The notes beneath the pieces are model-generated. The model saw nothing but the letters and a program-made list of their open reading frames with translations, ran no database searches and had not been told where the DNA came from. The translations under genes were made by a program, and so were the position numbers. DNA of 63,677 nucleotides, counting the filler, from Dugesia japonica (Eukaryota): NCBI GenBank assembly GCA_001938525.1. It is 6 parts of 6 records of this genome, joined end to end, with 100 filler letters (N's around TTAATTAATTAA, not from the genome) between each part and the next. Parts side by side here need not be neighbours in the genome. Positions count along the whole stretch, not along the records: positions 21,132 to 34,299 come from MQRL01415221.1; positions 34,400 to 43,380 come from MQRL01585278.1; 4 more parts are not named here. The stretch is one strand, 5' to 3'. This document shows, piece after piece, positions 24,099 through 38,019 of this stretch; position 1 is the first letter of the stretch; the number at the start of each line of letters is the position of its first letter.

Positions 24099-27000
24099 CT
24101 AAATGCAAATCATCTGAAGGTTATCAATTAACTCACGATCTGCTGAATGATTTAAGTCTACTGAAAGAAAATCTTTCTTCTGCAGTTATTGATCAAGTGG
24201 TTGAAAATTTTGTTGATTTAAAAGGACCGATTCGACGGTTATCAGAAAGTGCAAATGCTCTTCCTGGTGTTTTAAATAGATTAGAAAATTTTGAAGAAGC
24301 TTCGTCGGAATTTATTGTGAGTTTGTTAAATGTTTTTTTTATAATAAAAGTAAAATTTCTAATAATCATTAATACTTATGAAACTTTTGTTTGAATGTTA
24401 TCTCTTTCTTTATGTGGCTTGTGTAGAAAAAATAGCTTATAGATGGCGGATATTTTTTTTATTTAATACTACTTTATTTTTTAGTTAAAGTTACATTTAG
24501 CGCTTTTATACGCTATTTGTATATTTATTTATGGTTAAAACGAAAGTTATAAATTATTAAACGAAAAAAGGCAAATAAAAATGTCAATTATTGAAAATCC
24601 AAAAATGGGTTTTAGACTCTTAAATTATAACAAGGTTAGCAATAGTTTATTACATAAGATATTCATAAATTATTGATAAAAGATGGAAAATTATGTAAAT
24701 AACTTTTTATAAAATTTAAAAAACGCCATTTAAAAATACATCTTCGATATTATAAAATTAAAACCTAAGTTGAACAAGAAGAAATTCAAACTTTTAAAAA
24801 TATATAAAAACCTAAAAGAATCTTATTAATTTAGTAGATTATGATACACATTTAGCTGCCAGCACTTTATTATTATAGTGAGNTTTAAAAACTTCTGCAA
24901 AGTCGCTTTTCCCAAGGCACTCTTCGAGACTTAAACCTTCTCTAGGAAATACCCATCCTGCTTGTTGAAAGTAATGAATAACAGGTAGATAAACTGGGAG
25001 ACCTGACTTTGGTAATGGTTTTGTTAAACAAGTCACTAATCCATTTGCATTAGAAATATAAAATTCAACAAGTTCTTCTAAACTAGAAAAATATTCTTCT
25101 TCATCAATAGTAAGTCTATTTTTGTCATCATAGATAATTCTATAGTGCTGCACACCATCTTGATAACAAACACATAATGTAAAATCTTGGGGATAATTAA
25201 CACTTTCTTTTATCAAGAACAATTCTTCTTCTCTTGGTTGTAATAGTTGTTCGGCCGTATCACGAGTTACAGGCCCATGATACCATACTATTGATTGCAA
25301 ATGAACTTCAATTTTATTAGTATTCAACATTTAATTAAAATGTAAAATAAGTAATACTTAGTACACACAAAAATTAGTCGACAATTCTTAAAATAGGAAG
25401 ATCATTAGTAGTTTTCAGAATCAAAAACTTGAATTTTTAAACCCTCAGAATAAGGAATGGGGATGTGTCATCNATTGGAATAGGTGGAAATCCGAAGAAA
25501 CAATATCTGGGGAATACGATAGGTGTGGTATGACTTCCCAGTTGAATATTTCTAACGTGTCCTTGACAATTTTTACAGTATGTGGACGAGCGTTGTTCGA
25601 CTGTAAAATTAATCGAATTTCACAAATAAAATTTAACAAAATGAATATATCATATATGTTTTCTAAAAATGCCTAGATATATTAAATATTAACGCCTATA
25701 ATAATAATAATAATTCAATTATATATTATTTATAAAGAATATTATAACAGGGATTAATGGGATCAAACCGAAGTGTGTTACTTGTTTTTAAAAGTTTTTA
25801 TGTGCTAAAAAATAATATTAAACTAGTTAAAATTAATTATTCTTGATGATCTATTAGATAGGCGCGTTATTAAAATGATCTTAATTAATAAAAATAACAA
25901 ATTTGCCGAGAAGAGTCAATTAATAATTGGGAAATAAAATTAAATATCTTAAGGCATAATTTAGAAATATGGTTTTTTTAAAATTTGAACGTTAGATATT
26001 TGTTTATACATGTATTTTAAGTTTACAAATAATGATTTCAGTAGAATTTTTGCAAATAAAAAGAGGGCTTTTCACCAATTTTGAATCATAAATCGAACGA
26101 TATTAAATTGATTTATTTATAAAATATCCTTTTTTGGCACAATAATCGTGTAAAATTAGTTTTAAAAAAATGATTTATATTTATTTTCTATGTAATCAAT
26201 AAACTATTTTAAATGGCGTCATGGATAGTTTTAAATTATTTCTAAATCAGCGATTTCCAAACTGGGAGGTACGGATTAGTGCAAAGGAGTCTCAAAATTT
26301 TAACAGAGGTTAATTTGAATATTATTGATCTCTTTGAGTTCTTTTTAACTGATTCATTCATATTGTTGAAAACTTTGCAAAATTCTCAATGTTTTAGGTC
26401 AATATATAAAAAGTCAATTTTATATGTTTAGGTCAATAAATATAAATATAATTCCAATTTTTTCTATATCTTTATAATTTTATTCAGATGCCTGAAAATT
26501 TTGGAAATTTTTTAGAAATTTTCTTCTGTATTTGTGAAAATTCATTAAATAAGCTGTTCTGTAATATTTGCAATATGCTTGGTAAACACGAAATATTTTT
26601 TATGTTGAAAACCACTGTAAATCTGCTATGTTGTAAATCTGCTAAACGTTAAAAAGAAGTTAAAAACTATGCTGCTTTGAAAACTCAACTTTTTTAAAAA
26701 TCTTTCAACAAATAATTTTATTAAATATGTCGTTAAAGCATTTTTATCGGCTGACATTCTATTATGGAAATTGTGCAATCCTCATTTGAAAAAGTTGTTT
26801 TCTTTGGTGTTTAATTAACTTGTGAACAATCTTGTAATCAAATTTCTGAATTATACGACGATGAAATTGAGAATACCAATGTTTCTAATTATTGACGAGT
26901 CTGAAGTTTTTGGAGTCAAGTATTTGAATATTTTGGTTGAAATGATTGCAGAACCTGAAAAAGCGTATTTGGTTACTTATATTCCGTCGGAATGTGCAAT

Positions 27001-30000
27001 AAACACACAAACAATAATCCATTCAATTGATTGTTAATTGTATTGAGATGTTTTTATCGAAACATATTATTTTTTCTTCTTTTAGATTCCTTCATGATAT
27101 TAGCCTCGAAAACTTTGAAACGTTTGTATTCCAATCTTTTTTTATGTGACATGTACTGCTGACCTCATTCATAATTGTGCTATTACAATATGCTTATTTT
27201 ATTCTTACGCTAATCGAGTGATAACAAAGGTAAAAAAAAATTGTATAGTCAAAAACAAAAGGCGTATGAATTAATTTTTCCCATAGGATTTCCTTCTGAG
27301 GCTATTTTTCAAAAGATGAAGCAATTAATTCAGATGTGCTTTGTATTACTGTCAAAATTTTCCGGAAGTTCAAAGAATTGTTACGAACTGAGAAAGTGTT
27401 GAAATTTTAGTAGCAGTTATGTCAAACAATTTGACTGATTCTTTGATCAACATTGAAAATTGCTATCAACAAATTATTTAAACCATGGAAAACTCAAGAT
27501 TTATTGTTAAAGACGCTAATCAGATAATCGGTAGTATAAATTTTAAAAATGAGCCATGTAGTATTCAGAGTTATCTTGAGTTTATCTTATCTTGAGTTAC
27601 GCCTTCAAAATAAACGGAGACTTCACAATGTTCTAAAAGTGAAATTTCACCTAAGAACTAAATGTACAATATACCACAGTTCCAGTTGAAAAAACGATTT
27701 TCTTTATATTCAAAAAATGCTTTCAAAAGAAAGAGATTTTCAACCTAAAAACGTAAAAAAACATTGTTTTTTCACTTCCTCTAACAAGAAAAATGGTTGA
27801 AATTTTTATTTTGTCACCCTTATTTAACTGACGCTCTTTGGCCACACGTCCTTTGGGCATAATCGAATGAACTTCAATTCTATAAATACTAAAACAAATT
27901 TGATCATTAAAAAAATACAATATTCAATAATATTTCATTTTAAAATAATAAGTGAAATATAAAATCTTAATCACAAAGTATTAACATTAACTCTAGAAAT
28001 TAATGAGTTTGTAATATAAAATATGATACAAATAGATGCTAGCAAGTTGGAGTATTTCAATCAACATATTTATATATAAACAAAATTAGTTTTTCTATTT
28101 AGTGTTCATTATATACCGATTTCCATTTTAAAAAAACACTGCAAAATATTAAACCAACTCTTACTTTAATTCATTTACATCATCATTAATTTTAATTACT
28201 TGTTTTCATTGTTTTTTCACTTCCTCTAACAAGAATAATGGTTGAAATTTTTTAAAGTCAATTTTATTTTTTTAGGTAAATATTTTAGAGGCCCTACTTA
28301 ACCAAAAACCGACTTAAATATATAGGCAGCAATATTTATTTATAAATCATTAGCATATAAAGGATTTTTTTAGACTTTACACTTACTTGGTAATGTTTTC
28401 ACTTCTAAAAATAATGAAATAATATTTCTTATGCATATATTCCCTCGATATTAAACGAATGGCAGATAATAAACAAACTGATTATATATTGATTTCTATT
28501 GGAAAATGTCAACTAATCTAATTTATATTTTTTCTTATTGAACAAATTTAAATTTTATCAATTTAAATCAATTTTATAGCAAACTGTAATTAATTTAATT
28601 GGGAATATCCTTTTTATTTGATTTATTAATTTAATCCATTAATCGATACATTATAATTATTTAAATTAGTAATGTATTTTTGTTTGAAATCTAAATATTA
28701 ATACTTTGTAATTATTAATTAAATTTTTCATATGAAAATAAAAAATGAATTTTGTTCTCTTAATGAATTATTTTGAACTTTTAAATTTATCAATTGTTAG
28801 GTATCATGATGAAAAATAATATTCCGGAAAACGGAAAACAAACATAATTTTATTTTGCAGTTTGTAATTTCAATTATTGACTGTTTACGTGAAGATTTTA
28901 TATTTGTTATTAAATTCATTGTTAAACTAATCAATCAAGATTATAAACAAATTTTTCTTTAATTTAATTAGCTTAAGTTTTTATGTGTATCTTACCAATC
29001 GTATTAATGGGATTCATTTGCAATATAGAAATGATCTATTATTCACCACATTCGACTTGCATGTGTTATAAAATTGCCGCAAAAGTCATAATNCAGTATT
29101 TCAATAATACTACCGAGGATTCGAAATATCGAAGAAATAGTATTATAAAATTTTGTTCTAATGTAGAAATTTAGCGCGAATTTCTTTTAAATTACTCTTC
29201 CTTTTAGCTCTACATTTAGTCGACTAATACTTCAGTACAATACTGTTTTTTATGTCTTCAGCATAGTGTTTATAGCTCTTCACTGCTTCATTAATTAATT
29301 AATTTTATCTTAAGAATGTAAGATTGAATACGTTATGGATCTATTTGTATCGGTTTTTATTTCCTTCATTTATTGTGCCAGGTCATCATAATTAATTCAA
29401 TCAGTAGCAAGATTTGTTTATTAAAAATAGAAGTTTTAATTTTTTAAAATAAATTTATTTTAAACATTTTTCTTTTAAAAATCTATGCCAGTTAATTATT
29501 ATGATTACAATAGTAATATATCATATTTTATATATGAACCGTATTTTGAAAATTTGCTATATTTAGTAAACATCAGAAAATCTTTTTTTACGAGGTTTTT
29601 TGATAAAATAAAACACAAAAATGTCAGTAAGATTTGGTAAATGAATTATTAAATATTTTAAAGACTAAGTAGTTATGTTCAAATATTGAAAATTTTAAAG
29701 TAAAATAATTTTAAGTTTCAATTAATTCCCATAAAAAATAACAGTTTTTATTTTATAGTTTTTTATTCAAGCATTTAAACAAAATATTAAATTCGAATAT
29801 TAATCCAAATTATAAACCTGTACTTCAAATAGTTTACTACCATTGATAGATGTGAAAATGTATTTTTATTTTTTTAAAAATAAGAAAAATTTATAAAATT
29901 AGTTTAATTTAATTAATGATTTTATTTCTTTCGAACTTTAAAAAATTTGAAAAATTAAAAACTGTTTGATGCGTTTTTTTACCATGTTTGATGAATCTGT

Positions 30001-33000
30001 TACATTCATCTTTGCATTAAAAAAGGTACACTTTTCATTCTAAGATTTATTTAACACAACAACCAAAAACATATAATACAAAACATATTAAAATTATATA
30101 ATACTTGTAAAAATTTAAGGAATAAAATTTTTCTCAATTTTAAACATAACTAATTGTCAAATTTAGATAATTTCAATTGAATAATTGTTATTTAATTAAT
30201 CATTTATTTTGCATCTTAAAATTAAAATAATTTTTGCATCTTTACAGCGTCATTCATATTGGAATGTTTAAAAAATAATTTCATAATTTATATTTTATAA
30301 TTAATATAACTTTTGACTATTTGTATTTAATTTTATTATAATTTTTATTTAGCAACAAAGTCAAGCAATTTGTTCTACTGTAAATCTTATTCAACCACTA
30401 ATATCGGATAACCTACAGGTTGCTTATTTGAAACAACTTAATGACGAAGTTAGTTTTATATTTATTAGATATAATTTNNNNNNNNNNNNNNNNNNNNTAT
30501 ATATATATATATATATCTTTTATTTATATATTTTATTTCATCTAATTTTTGAGTGTTACATTTGTTATATCTCAAATATACAGCCATATCAAATTTCTTA
30601 AAATTAGGTTTTTATAATTTTAACATTACTATTGTTATGGTTGAATAGTTATATCGAATTTTTTTTAATCTTTTGATCTTTACAATTCGTCTTTTCCTAT
30701 TATTGTTTTTTGATTAGTTATTGTACTTCGTTATGACGTCACCAATAATTTCTTATATAAATGAAATATAATTTTAATATCAAAAGTTCACATTATAATT
30801 GGTCATTGAATGCATTTGTAACATGATTTCCGAATTATATCTTTAACGTTTTCACAACTTTACTAGGTGACTGACGCTTGTAATGAGCAACATAAGTATG
30901 CGTTGTTCAGTTGAATATTTGCTCACTTCGATGTTGATTAAAGTTATTAAAAAGCACTCGCACTTAACAAACAGACTTTGACTAATAGAAAACACTTGTT
31001 AACTATTTGCAAAAAAATGCAAAAATATGAAAGCAAAACTGTGAATATGGATCTAATCGAAATTAAATTTTACTGAATTTATAATATCTCGTTATATTAG
31101 GTGTACAAGTATGACCCCGCCGTTTAGTAATTATACATCATTTTTGAATAAAGAAATTTTTGCAAGTTGTGTTGTTTATCTGAAGTGCAGTTTTAGCGCT
31201 ATTATTAAATCTTACAATTTTCAAAAATGTTTGCACACAACAATTTATTTTACATATTAGATGACGATATTTATGCCCGGAAAACACCATTTGCGGTATC
31301 ATTATTTTTTATGTTCAATTTGAAAAGTGCTATGGATGCACATAAATTGCTTGTTGAAGCTAATCGAAACCATGATTAAACTGAAAAAAACTAGTCGAGA
31401 ATGGTTCCAACGATTCAAAACAGGATATTTTGATTTGAACGACAAGGATCATGGTAAATCACCAGATAAACTTAAAGACGATGAACTGTAAGGTTTATTG
31501 AACGAAGACGATGCTTAAACGGAAGAGCAATTGGCTGCTTCGCTGAATGTAACTCAACAAGCTACTTCAAACCACTTACTTGAAAGATTCAGAAAGAAGA
31601 ATAGTTGGTGCCTCATAAATCGACAGAAAGAAACAAACAGCATAGAAAACTACTTGTGAAATTTTGATTGAAAGAAATATAAGTCTTTTCTGCATTGTAT
31701 AGGCACTGAAGATAAAATTTGAATTTATTTTGGTAATTCTAAGCGTAGCATATCGTGTGTTGATCAAGGCCAGCAGACAAATTCAATTTTCATGGAAAAA
31801 GTGATATGTGTGTGGTGAAATCAAAAAAATATTCTGTACTATGACCAGCTGAAACCACGAGGAACAGCTGTTGGCAATCGTTATGAAAATCAAATCATGA
31901 AATTAAATCATGAACTCACGGAAAAATGACCATAATGTACTGTCAAGCATGAGAAATTAATTTTGTTGCAATATAACACCCGGGCTCGTGTTGCTAAACC
32001 TGTCAAATTCAGCTTAAATGGGATGAAATGGTAAGTCTTACCCTAACCCGCGTACTCACCAGACTTGCTTTGTCGGATTACCACTTGTTCCAGTCAAATT
32101 ATGAAAATTTGAATAAGGACTAGATGATTGAAATGACTCCAAACAAGATCCATTCTTCTAAGATGGACTTCATTGCCCAAAATTTGGGAAAATGTTATTA
32201 TATATGTAAATTATTTGTAAAAAAAATTTACGTAGACTGTTTTCATTGTCATTGAGTTTTTAAATCGTAAAAATCAGAGGAATAAAATTTCTTGAAATGT
32301 ATATTCTTGCATCTCTTTCACAGAATTTTCAAATAATATTTTATTTTGATGAAAAAAATCTTTATTGCGTAATAAAATTAAAATTCCGCAATCAATCTCA
32401 AGTTTTTTTAATATTATAAAGTGCGCGTATTACTAAATTATTGCAATTAATTTGAGTAGCTTTGTTTGGTTTGTTAAAATTCATTTAAAATATGTCAATT
32501 ATAGGCTATCACAAAAGTTGAATTTAAAATTAGTTAATTTAATTTTCCATTAATCATTGTTGGCCAATTATGAATTACAGATGATTATTTATTTTCTAAT
32601 TTTGTAATCATTTCAATGAAACTACAGTGCAGCACAACTTTTTTACCTATAGAATCTTGATCGTAAATTGAACTGAAAATTACCCTCCAGAATTTTAAGT
32701 TATAACATGTTTAATATCTCCTTGAACTACCCGTTCTTTTATTTCGTTAAGCATATCAAAGGCTGTTTTAAAAAAAATATTCACTGATAGACGTATTCTA
32801 GATATTCCATTAATTAAATTCTAACTGTTATTTTACAGATCGCATACTAAGATCGTGGCTAAAAGGTTACTGTTACCTACTTTTATAGTGACTAATTTTA
32901 TTCATTAACTGATTTCGTTACTCAAATGAGACCGATTTGTTGATTTGTAGTTATCAAAAGAGAAGATTGAAAAATTGTTAGTTAAACTCAAAGTGTTATG

Positions 33001-33787
33001 AAAATGTCAGTTTCCATTATTATCAATCTAAACTAAATTTACTGTTAGAAATACCGAGCTTGTCATTTAGATGGGTTTTAGATTTTTTAAATTTACTTAA
33101 TTTTTAATTAATGCATTAAATATGGTTTTCTTTCTTTTCTTTTTTATCTTACATAATCTAAATCATAAAGTACAATAACTGCTATGATCAGAAATCCGTC
33201 AATTAGACGGTTTTCGTAAAATTAGGAATACCCGAAATTCTGGTAGTTCTAGTGTTAATAGACTAAATATAATTTATGTCTATCAAGTTTAAATTAAATT
33301 GATTCAATCAAAATTCTTGTGTTAATTTGTTATAATAATGTTTATATTCTTAGTTCGTCTATTTGACTGATCAAGTTGTGAGCGCTGGTAAAGTGGTTCT
33401 ATTCAATGGAGGAGAAAATTGTCCTCAACCAATTAAAGAACATTTTAACACTTTAAAATCTGATTGGGAAACAAAAGTGGACAACGTAACACGTGAAATT
33501 GATAAACTTACGGATACTTCAGCTTTTGTTTTAGCTCAAGGTATTTTCTCAGATAGTATTAATATGTTATATGAATAATAAATAACAAGAATCTGCAATT
33601 GAAATGGAATCGGAAAAAATGGAAGTTAGTATTCAAAATTGTTCCGCTCCTGGAATCGTTGAAGGAACATCTAAAATAGCTCGTCGTGCAAATAGAATAG
33701 CACAGAAAGCAGATGTTGAGATATCTCAAAATGAAGACCCGATTTATGTGGAAAATGTCGAAAAGTCTATTACTCAACTAAAACACA
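24099..33787 (+). CDS. VCL: Vinculin, four internal exons (partial gene)
   Basis: Exons 24099-24316, 30353-30448, 33354-33540, 33590-33787 splice in frame; AVIDQVVENFVDLKGPIRRL, LTDQVVSAGKVVL, EHFNTLKSDW and GTSKIARRANRI..SQNEDP align with vinculin QEVSDVFSDTTTPIKLL, LTPQVVSAARILL, EHFETMKNQW and GATSIARRANRI..ENSEDP. Confidence 0.88.
24839..25290 (-). pseudogene. CSK: C-terminal Src kinase fragment (SH2, linker, start of kinase domain), antisense in a vinculin intron
   Basis: WYHGPVTRDTAEQLL..LFLIKESVNYPQDFTLCV..HYRI..LTIDEEEYF..AGW..LGKSDFAEV..AAKC; SH2 FLVRES Arg replaced by Lys, Gly-rich loop degenerate, stop right after the VAVK-like motif. Confidence 0.8.
25445..25620 (-). mobile_element. 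mariner transposase C-terminal fragment
   Basis: NNARPH..WEVIPHLSYSPDIVSSDFHLF. Confidence 0.85.
26390..28300 (+). mobile_element. Decayed hAT-like (CGGBP1-related) DNA transposon
   Basis: LFCNICNM zinc finger, VVKAFLSADI, FLIIDESEVFGVKYLNIL, FMILASKTLKRLYSNL..VTCTADLIHNCA; boundaries approximate. Confidence 0.7.
27808..27880 (-). pseudogene. PDZ-domain exon fragment
   Basis: After an AG acceptor reads IEVHSIMPKGRVAKERQLNKGDKI, matching the PDZ pattern IxVxxIxPxGxAxxxGxLxxGDxI. Confidence 0.55.
31097..32200 (+). mobile_element. Near full-length decayed mariner
   Basis: TA-TTAGGTGTACAAG left TIR; REWFQRFKTGYFDLNDKDHGK, WCLIN (WVPHEL-like), AYSPDL; many stops. Confidence 0.9.
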
Positions 33788-34744
33788 GTAAATAAATATC
33801 ATGTTTTATATTTTATTTATGACATAAAACATTTCACCAATTCTCTGAAATATCAAAACTATATTGAAATGAAAACGAAACTTTATAAACAATATATATA
33901 ATAAAGTCTTATGTTTCTCACATTTTATAGTCATTGATATTGGTTAAATTAATATTTCTAAAGTCTTCCATAAAAATTTATTAATTAATACATATTTGAT
34001 TGAAAATTCATACAAATTTTAAAAGAAGGTTTAATTATAATATTTAAGCAATTATTCATACCTTAAAATATTGTAATACTAAAATTTAAAATAGTAAATA
34101 TATATTTTGAAAATATTTGGAATGTGCTTAATTTCTTTTATTAAAATCCTTAACAACATTTTACGGCAACATAATTTTTTAAAAGATTTAAATTATGAAA
34201 AAACTACAAATTAAAATAATTTATAAATTAATAAAAATGTTTAACAAATTATTTTTTTAATTAATTAAAAAATTGTCTTAGTCAGTGATTTCCAAACTGN
34301 NNNNNNNNNNNNNNNNNNNNNNNNNNNNNNNNNNNNNNNNNNNTTAATTAATTAANNNNNNNNNNNNNNNNNNNNNNNNNNNNNNNNNNNNNNNNNNNNT
34401 GAAATCTCAAATCCGATCAATGGTTAAGTCCAACAATTATTCTCACAATAATTGTAATTATAAAATTTAACAGTTTGTTCTTCGTATTTATCAATTTAAA
34501 AATTTTTTTAGCCATGCGCAGCAGATTTTCAAATGACAAAAGAGCTACGTCAAAGCAAAATTTAGATGACAAAATTAAGATTTTAGATCGATTGAACAGT
34601 CCTGAAAAACTGGGATTGATAGCAAAATCTATCTGTTTAAATTAATTCACAATACACACCAAAATGAAAATAAAATAAGAAATTCTATTTGTGCTGGGTT
34701 ATTTATAAGTGAAAAACGAGTTTCACGTGTGTTCGAATGATTAA

Positions 34745-35145
34745 TAGATTTTAAATATCTGGGAAATTTTTTAACTTTTTTATAACTTATATTAAAATTT
34801 ATTTTTTTTGAAACTTCAAATATTATTGTAAAAGGTGTACTTAACAGATTTTTAAAATATAAAATATTTTTTCAAACGAAATTAATTTAAATAATTTCTA
34901 TATATTATATTAGGCAAAATTATAAAAGTATAAAACAATTTTATGAAATTATGTTTAAAAACAATTAAAGATATATGACAGAAAAATATTTTGTAGAATT
35001 AGAATCGATATTTTTAAAATATTTTATTAAAAATATTTCAGCTTATTTGTTTGAATACTATGGACTATCGTCGCTTTTTTTACTATAATCAAAAGTTTTG
35101 TGATAATAAATAAAAACTTATGGATAGTTGTGAAGTTTTGAATTT
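34745..35145. repeat. Copy of the 4897-5285 repeat inserted in the Tigger element
   Basis: Collinear similarity to 4897-5285. Confidence 0.6.
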
Positions 35146-36838
35146 AAATAATATGGCAACCACGCCATATTTTTACGCAATGTTTTAATAGAAGAAATGG
35201 AGAAAGCTTTTTGCTACAGATACAATGCAGCTTGATCAGTAGCGTAGCAAGCATAACTGTGGACCTGGGATCAATACATTTCTGGTGCCACTTACCCTTG
35301 AAAAGCATAATATATAGCAGTGTTTTCCAAACTTTATGGATCACATATCCTTCGCCCAAAAAAATTTTTTTATGCAGAAAATCTTGTTTCTTGAAGACCA
35401 TTTGGTGCCCCTCTTCGATAATATAATCATAATTAGATTCATAAAATAAGCCTATTGAGATTTTATTGTTTGATATTTATTAATTTAGTCTTATTTATGT
35501 ATAAAAGTCATAATTGAGTTCATTACGTTACTGTTCGCAGTTTCCATTTTATTAAGTAAAACATAGATTTAATTTAATCCATAAAGTTTTCTTTTAATCA
35601 TNNNNNNNNNNNNNNNNNNNNNNNNNNNNNNNNNNNNNNNNNNNNNNNNNNNNNNNNNNNNNNNNNNNNNNNNNNNNNNNNNNNNNNNNNNNNNNNNNNN
35701 NNNNNNNNNNNNNNNNNNNNNNNNNNNNNNNNNNNNNNNNNNNNNNNNNNNNNNNNNNNNNNNNNNNNNNNNNNNNNNNNNNATAGAACTATATGGCAAG
35801 ATCTTTATTTATAAATCACTCGTTAAATCCATGAATTTTGATAATCGTCAAATCCAAGTTACATGTTTATTGGAGAGCAAATAAAAAGGTTTGGGTTACG
35901 ACTAGTATTTTTCGAGATGGGCCTCTAAATTTCTTTGTACCCAACGTGTAATGCTACTTTAATAAAAAGAATTTAAATTTCAAATCCTATTAATACTTGA
36001 TAATGCTCCAGGACATTCAAAAGACTTGAACCATCCTAATGTGAAAATAGCTTTCCTACCATCTAATACACCATTATTCAACCATTATACATAAGAATAA
36101 TATCTGTATTCAAAGCATATTATATTCGTATAATATTTCAACTTATTCTTGACAAAACAGATTTTAATGCAAATATAACGGTTACAGAATTGTGGACAAC
36201 TTTTTCAATGTTTAACTATATTAAAATAGTGGCATTATCTATTAAGGAATTAAAACAGTCCACAAAAGATGGTTCTTGGAAAAAATATGGACGAAAAGTA
36301 TTTTAAAAGATAGTGTAGTATCACCATTAAAGGTGGAAGTCAGTTGGGTATAAAATGCAGGTCACAATTTCAGTGAAGAAGATTTTGATGATACGATCGA
36401 AGATGATATTTACAGAATAATGAATGAAACTAATGGTTTGAACGAGAAAGAGTTAGATCTATTAACAACAAATGTCGCACATGGAAACAGCGACGTCAAT
36501 TCTAAGAAGGGTTTAGATGAATTAATTAAAGACTACACTCTAAAGCGCATACGAGAGAACTAAAATCTGGCTAAAAGGATGAAATCTTTCTTCTCATCCG
36601 TCAATGGAAAGATTCAGAAAATCAAATGGCAAATAGATATTTATCTAGCACCATTTTATGAAATTTAAAAAGAACTTGAAAAAAGGAAGCAAATACTCAT
36701 AAATGTTCCGCTATAAAATAGTAAAAACAATAAAAGATTCTCGAGCTCAAACAAGTAGTTTTTATTCTATCAAAAAACTTCATCTATGAGAAAAATTAAT
36801 TTTAAGAAGTTATACACCAAAAAGCTCATTATTTCAAC

Positions 36839-38019
36839 CAGTAGCGTAGCCAGGAATATATGAAGGGGGGGTTTTTAATTTTTTTCAAAATTTTTGTATT
36901 TTTTACTAAAATAAAACAATAAAGATGCCGAGTATTAAATAATGACTTCATTAGCTGACTCTTTACAGTATGGGTACAATGTATAGGACATCAGAAAAAA
37001 ATAAATAATTATAGTGTACTGAGAGTACAGGCAAGTGTCACAGTATTTCTTCAACTAACTCCAAGTCGTTATCCGAATNCAGATCTTCTCTGAAATCTTC
37101 TTCTACATCATCTTCAATTTTATCATCAAAATAATTTTCGATATCGTACAAGTCCAAAGCTTCATTAGGAGTAGAATTTATTGGTATATAAAAACAGTAA
37201 TTTACGTCCAAATGGAGTCCATCATTATGGCAAAGCTAATTTAAAACATCTAATATTTTTCCATTTCTTTTCATTACAGCAGCTGCGTCGTTAGTTGATG
37301 CAATAACATCACTTTTTAAAGAAATGCCAAAGTCTGCTAGCTTAGCTTCAAATGAATATTTATTAGTTTCTTCATTTCTTGCTTAACTATTTCTGTTAAA
37401 CCCGGTACATAGTATTCAACTTTATTTGATTCCATTCAAATTACAGGAACTGTTANGTTTACATAACGTAAGATAGTGCAATCTGTCCATTCATCCACAG
37501 TAATAGCAAATTTACGATTTGCTTTTTTATATTTTTCAAAATTTCGCAGTTCAATACATTTTTCTTTATAAAAGCTGATGATGCATTTTGAAATATTTGT
37601 TAAACTTTTTGCCATTTTATAACCTTTTTGTTGCACATACCATCAACTGCTGCTACTTTTGACAATATTTCATTTAAAAACTGTCTGTTTACAAAGTTCA
37701 AAATAGTACTGGTTTCAATTTTTTACTTTTTATGCGGAACATTATTTTATTCATAATTTTTACTTGATACATATTTAGATACAAATATGTTGTGTCGAAA
37801 CATCAAGTGATTAATCATAGGAGGTACCCCATGTGGCTTCACCAATTTTATTTTTTCCAAATTTTCGAATATCAAATAATCAATAAAAACACGAATATAT
37901 TAGAATTTCAAGTATTCGAATGTTCAGTTTGGAATCTCTAAGTAGCATAAAAAATGAATTTTTTTCATACGCGAATGGGGGGTTTTTAACCTCCTGAACC
38001 CCCCTTGCCTACACCACTG
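36839..38019 (-). mobile_element. Deleted hAT transposon (same family as 56910-58338)
   Basis: Ends CAGTAGCGTAG and CTACACCACTG; TSD ATTTCAAC/ATTTTAAC; FAITVDEWT motif. Confidence 0.9.

Noticed and set aside
25300-27880. Shared AATTGAAGTTCATT (IEVH) before the Csk and PDZ fragments
   Set aside because: A 14-nt AT-rich match is plausible by chance
24099-33787. Alpha-catenin assignment
   Set aside because: IARRANRI..EDP and the NR..FEE segment match vinculin better
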